The notes under the pieces are model-generated. The model was not told the DNA's origin. It made no database searches and saw nothing but the letters and a program-made list of their open reading frames with translations. The position numbers and the translations under genes were made by a program. Below are positions 61,841-64,000 of a stretch of DNA of 64,000 bases, one piece after another. The stretch spans positions 2,297,482 to 2,361,481 of the forward strand of contig NZ_OZ243912.1 of assembly GCF_965213695.1 (NCBI RefSeq), read 5' to 3'. The stretch's first letter is position 1; the number at the start of each line of letters is the position of its first letter. The stretch comes from Rubrivirga sp. (GTDB lineage: Bacteria; Bacteroidota; Rhodothermia; Rhodothermales; Rubricoccaceae).

Positions 61841-62956
61841 GTGCCCCACCACCCCTCTGAGGTCTCCGTCTTCGTCGCCTGGCCGGGCGACAACAAGTCG
61901 GCGCGGGACCGGGCGGTCCGCGTGATCGGCGAGCTCGACGGCACGTTCCACAAGCACCACGGCGTCCGCGTCGTCGCCAAGGACTGGAAGACGCACGCGC
62001 GCCCGGCGGGGGGTAACGCACAGACCAACATCAACAACCAAGTCGGCCCCGGCGACATCTTCGTCGGCCTGCTCTGGACCCGGCTGGGCATGGACGCCGG
62101 GCGTAAAAAGACGGGGTTCGAGGAGGAGTACACCATCGCCCGGAGCCAGTGGAAGCGGCGGAAGTCCTCGCTCATGCTCTACCTCCGCACGAGCAGCCCG
62201 CCCAACCTCTCGTCCCTCGACCCCGGTCAACTCCAGGCCGTCCGCGACTTCGTGGCCCACGTCGAGAAAAAGTACCAAGCCCTGTACTGGACGTACGCCA
62301 CGCTCGCCGAGTTCGAGCGCGAGCTCCGGCGGCACCTGACCGACGAGATCCACGCCCGGCTAAAGCTCTCGGCAGCGCCGCCCGCCTCCGCTCCGGCGTC
62401 TTCGTCTGGCGGCCCCAAGGCGAAGACCCCACCAGCTAAGCCGCCTCGAAAGAGAACCCCGAAGAAGCCGTCCGTACGCAAACCCCGCCTGACCGTCCCC
62501 GCCGTCAAGCGCCAGCTCACCGACGCTGACCGCCAAGCGTTCGCCCGCCGCGCGCTGACCGCCAGCTTGCGCGACTTCCGGGCGGCGGCGAAGGCGTTCA
62601 ATGCGTCGCACCGCCACGCCGAGATCGTTGTCAAGCAGGCCGGCAAGGAGGCGTTCACCGTCACAGCTGACGCCAACGGGACGCGCCGCGTCACTGCTCG
62701 CGTACGCCTGATTCCTCCTTCGTGGGGAACGCAGTGGACCATCGTCTACGAGGTCGAGCCCTCGGGCTACGGCATGATGATGGGTGGCGAGCCGTACTAC
62801 CGCCAGGAGGTCGCTGTGACCACCGAGGACGACGGGTACACAGCGCTCTACTGCTCGGCCTACGCTTTCGCGGATGGGCAGCGCTCGACTGTGAAGGCGC
62901 TCGACGTGGCCCGCCTGTTCTGGGACCGTTTGATTCAGAGGCTCGGCGACCGATAG
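61841..62956 (+). CDS. DUF4062/TIR-like domain protein
   Basis: VFVAWPGD, QTNINNQV..GDIFVGLLWTRLG, GFEEEY; Pro/Lys linker; separate C-terminal domain. Confidence 0.6.
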   Translation: MPHHPSEVSVFVAWPGDNKSARDRAVRVIGELDGTFHKHHGVRVVAKDWKTHARPAGGNAQTNINNQVGPGDIFVGLLWTRLGMDAGRKKTGFEEEYTIARSQWKRRKSSLMLYLRTSSPPNLSSLDPGQLQAVRDFVAHVEKKYQALYWTYATLAEFERELRRHLTDEIHARLKLSAAPPASAPASSSGGPKAKTPPAKPPRKRTPKKPSVRKPRLTVPAVKRQLTDADRQAFARRALTASLRDFRAAAKAFNASHRHAEIVVKQAGKEAFTVTADANGTRRVTARVRLIPPSWGTQWTIVYEVEPSGYGMMMGGEPYYRQEVAVTTEDDGYTALYCSAYAFADGQRSTVKALDVARLFWDRLIQRLGDR

Positions 62957-62979
62957 CCCGCCTGCGCCACCTGCCAACG

Positions 62980-63366
62980 CTACGCCGCCCGCTCCGGCAC
63001 CCGGTAGGCGAGCGCGAGTGGCCGCCCCTCCCGGTAGGCATACCCGGCCGAGAGGTCGCCGCCCGTCGCCCACTCGACGCCGTGCCCGTGGGGCAAGACG
63101 GTCATGCGCTCGGCCTCCTCGTAGGACCGCAGCGGAGCGAACGCCGGGTGATCGAGGAGAGGCGCGAGGTCCAGCTCGCGCGCCTCGCCGTTGTCGAACA
63201 CGAGCGTTACGGAAGCGGCGTCCCCCTCCCCCGATCCAGGCCGTACGAAGGCGGCCTCGATCCTCGGCCCGAGCGGCTCGGCGCCGTAGACCAGGACGTC
63301 TCCGTCCTCGGTGTGATCGGGAAGGTCGGCGGCCCACGCGGGCTTCGTGTACGACGGACGGTTCAT
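62980..63366 (-). CDS. DUF2442 family protein
   Basis: LVFDNG..RELDL..LLDHPAFAPL, GVEWATGGDLS. Confidence 0.75.
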   Translation of the reverse strand: MNRPSYTKPAWAADLPDHTEDGDVLVYGAEPLGPRIEAAFVRPGSGEGDAASVTLVFDNGEARELDLAPLLDHPAFAPLRSYEEAERMTVLPHGHGVEWATGGDLSAGYAYREGRPLALAYRVPERAA

Positions 63367-63635
63367 TTCGTGAGAGGCGGAATCGTGCCGGGCGCCTGGT
63401 TTTCGACCGCTCGGCCCCAGGCCTGTTCCAGCTCCTCGGCGTAGAGGGCCGCCCATCCCTGGACCAGCTTCGTCTGGCGACCCGGGAGCGCGCCGGCCAG
63501 GATCTCGGCGTCGGGGATGGAGAAGACGGCCTCGCGGCCGGCGTGCTTCGCGTGGAAGTGCGGCGCGGCGTGCCGGCTCACGTCCGCCCAGTACAGGTAG
63601 ATCGTGATGCCGAAAAACTCAGAGATACGAGGCAT
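63363..63635 (-). CDS. DUF4160 family protein
   Basis: MPRISEFFGITIYLY...PHFHA...LVQGWAALYAEEL...W. Confidence 0.82.
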   Translation of the reverse strand: MPRISEFFGITIYLYWADVSRHAAPHFHAKHAGREAVFSIPDAEILAGALPGRQTKLVQGWAALYAEELEQAWGRAVENQAPGTIPPLTK

Positions 63636-63735
63636 GACGACCGGTGTCCCTCGCCGGAAGCTAGCCCCGCGCGCCGACCCGCCGGCCGAGCCAGACGGCA
63701 AGAGGCCGCTGCCTGGGGGACAGCGGCCTCTAAGG

Positions 63736-63819
63736 TGCCCGAGACTGGAATCGAACCAGCACTCCCGTAAGGGAACACGACCCTGAATCGTGCGCGTCTA
63801 CCAATTCCGCCACTCGGGC
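63736..63819 (-). tRNA. tRNA-Leu (CAG)
   Basis: GCCCGAG/CTCGGGC acceptor stem, GGAATTGGTAGAC D-arm, CACGA-TT-CAG-GG-TCGTG anticodon arm, long variable arm, GGTTCGATTCC T-arm; CCA not fully encoded. Confidence 0.97.
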
Positions 63820-63969
63820 GCGGGGTCAAAAGGTAGCCAGGACCCCGCGGGGCGTCCACCGGCGCGCGCGTCTCCACGGGCTCTCCACCCGCCGGCCACG
63901 CTCGGCCAGGACGGCGCAGCGCTAACCTCGCCGCCCCGACCGTTCCCCGACCGAACCGACCCTTCCTCG

Positions 63970-64000
63970 ATGCCCGTCCGTCCGTTTCTTCTCGTGGCCC
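63970..64000 (+). CDS. Possible start of a secreted protein, truncated by the window end
   Basis: ATG followed by MPVRPFLLVA, signal-peptide-like. Confidence 0.3.
   Translation, partial: MPVRPFLLVA

Overview
Very GC-rich bacterial chromosome segment. Gene content and style suggest Rhodothermota (Rubrivirga/Rubricoccus-like); this is inference, not a database match. Left to right: housekeeping genes (gap, pgk, MscS, ABC transporter, hpt-tilS-mutL); a small integron-like cassette array (attI-like site, HEPN cassette with a 129-bp attC, toxin-antitoxin cassette) directly downstream of an EF-G paralog with no integrase in the window; tsaB, accD, a Wzi-like protein; a ~24-kb Wzx/Wzy polysaccharide locus with four sulfotransferases, an MBOAT/SGNH pair and a methyltransferase; a complete coproporphyrin-dependent heme cluster (HTH regulator-hemA-hemC-hemD-hemB-hemQ-hemE-hemH-hemY-hemL-MFS), whose HemA carries an unusual four-Cys motif; and a defence island (fused R-M + S subunit, DUF4062-like protein, DUF4160/DUF2442 pair) ending at tRNA-Leu(CAG). 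Intergenic spaces hold several REP families, nested 185-230-bp palindromic composites and inverted 7-/9-mer arrays. Family names come from recognised motifs; no searches were run. Most other ORFs in the six-frame track are GC-rich shadow ORFs.
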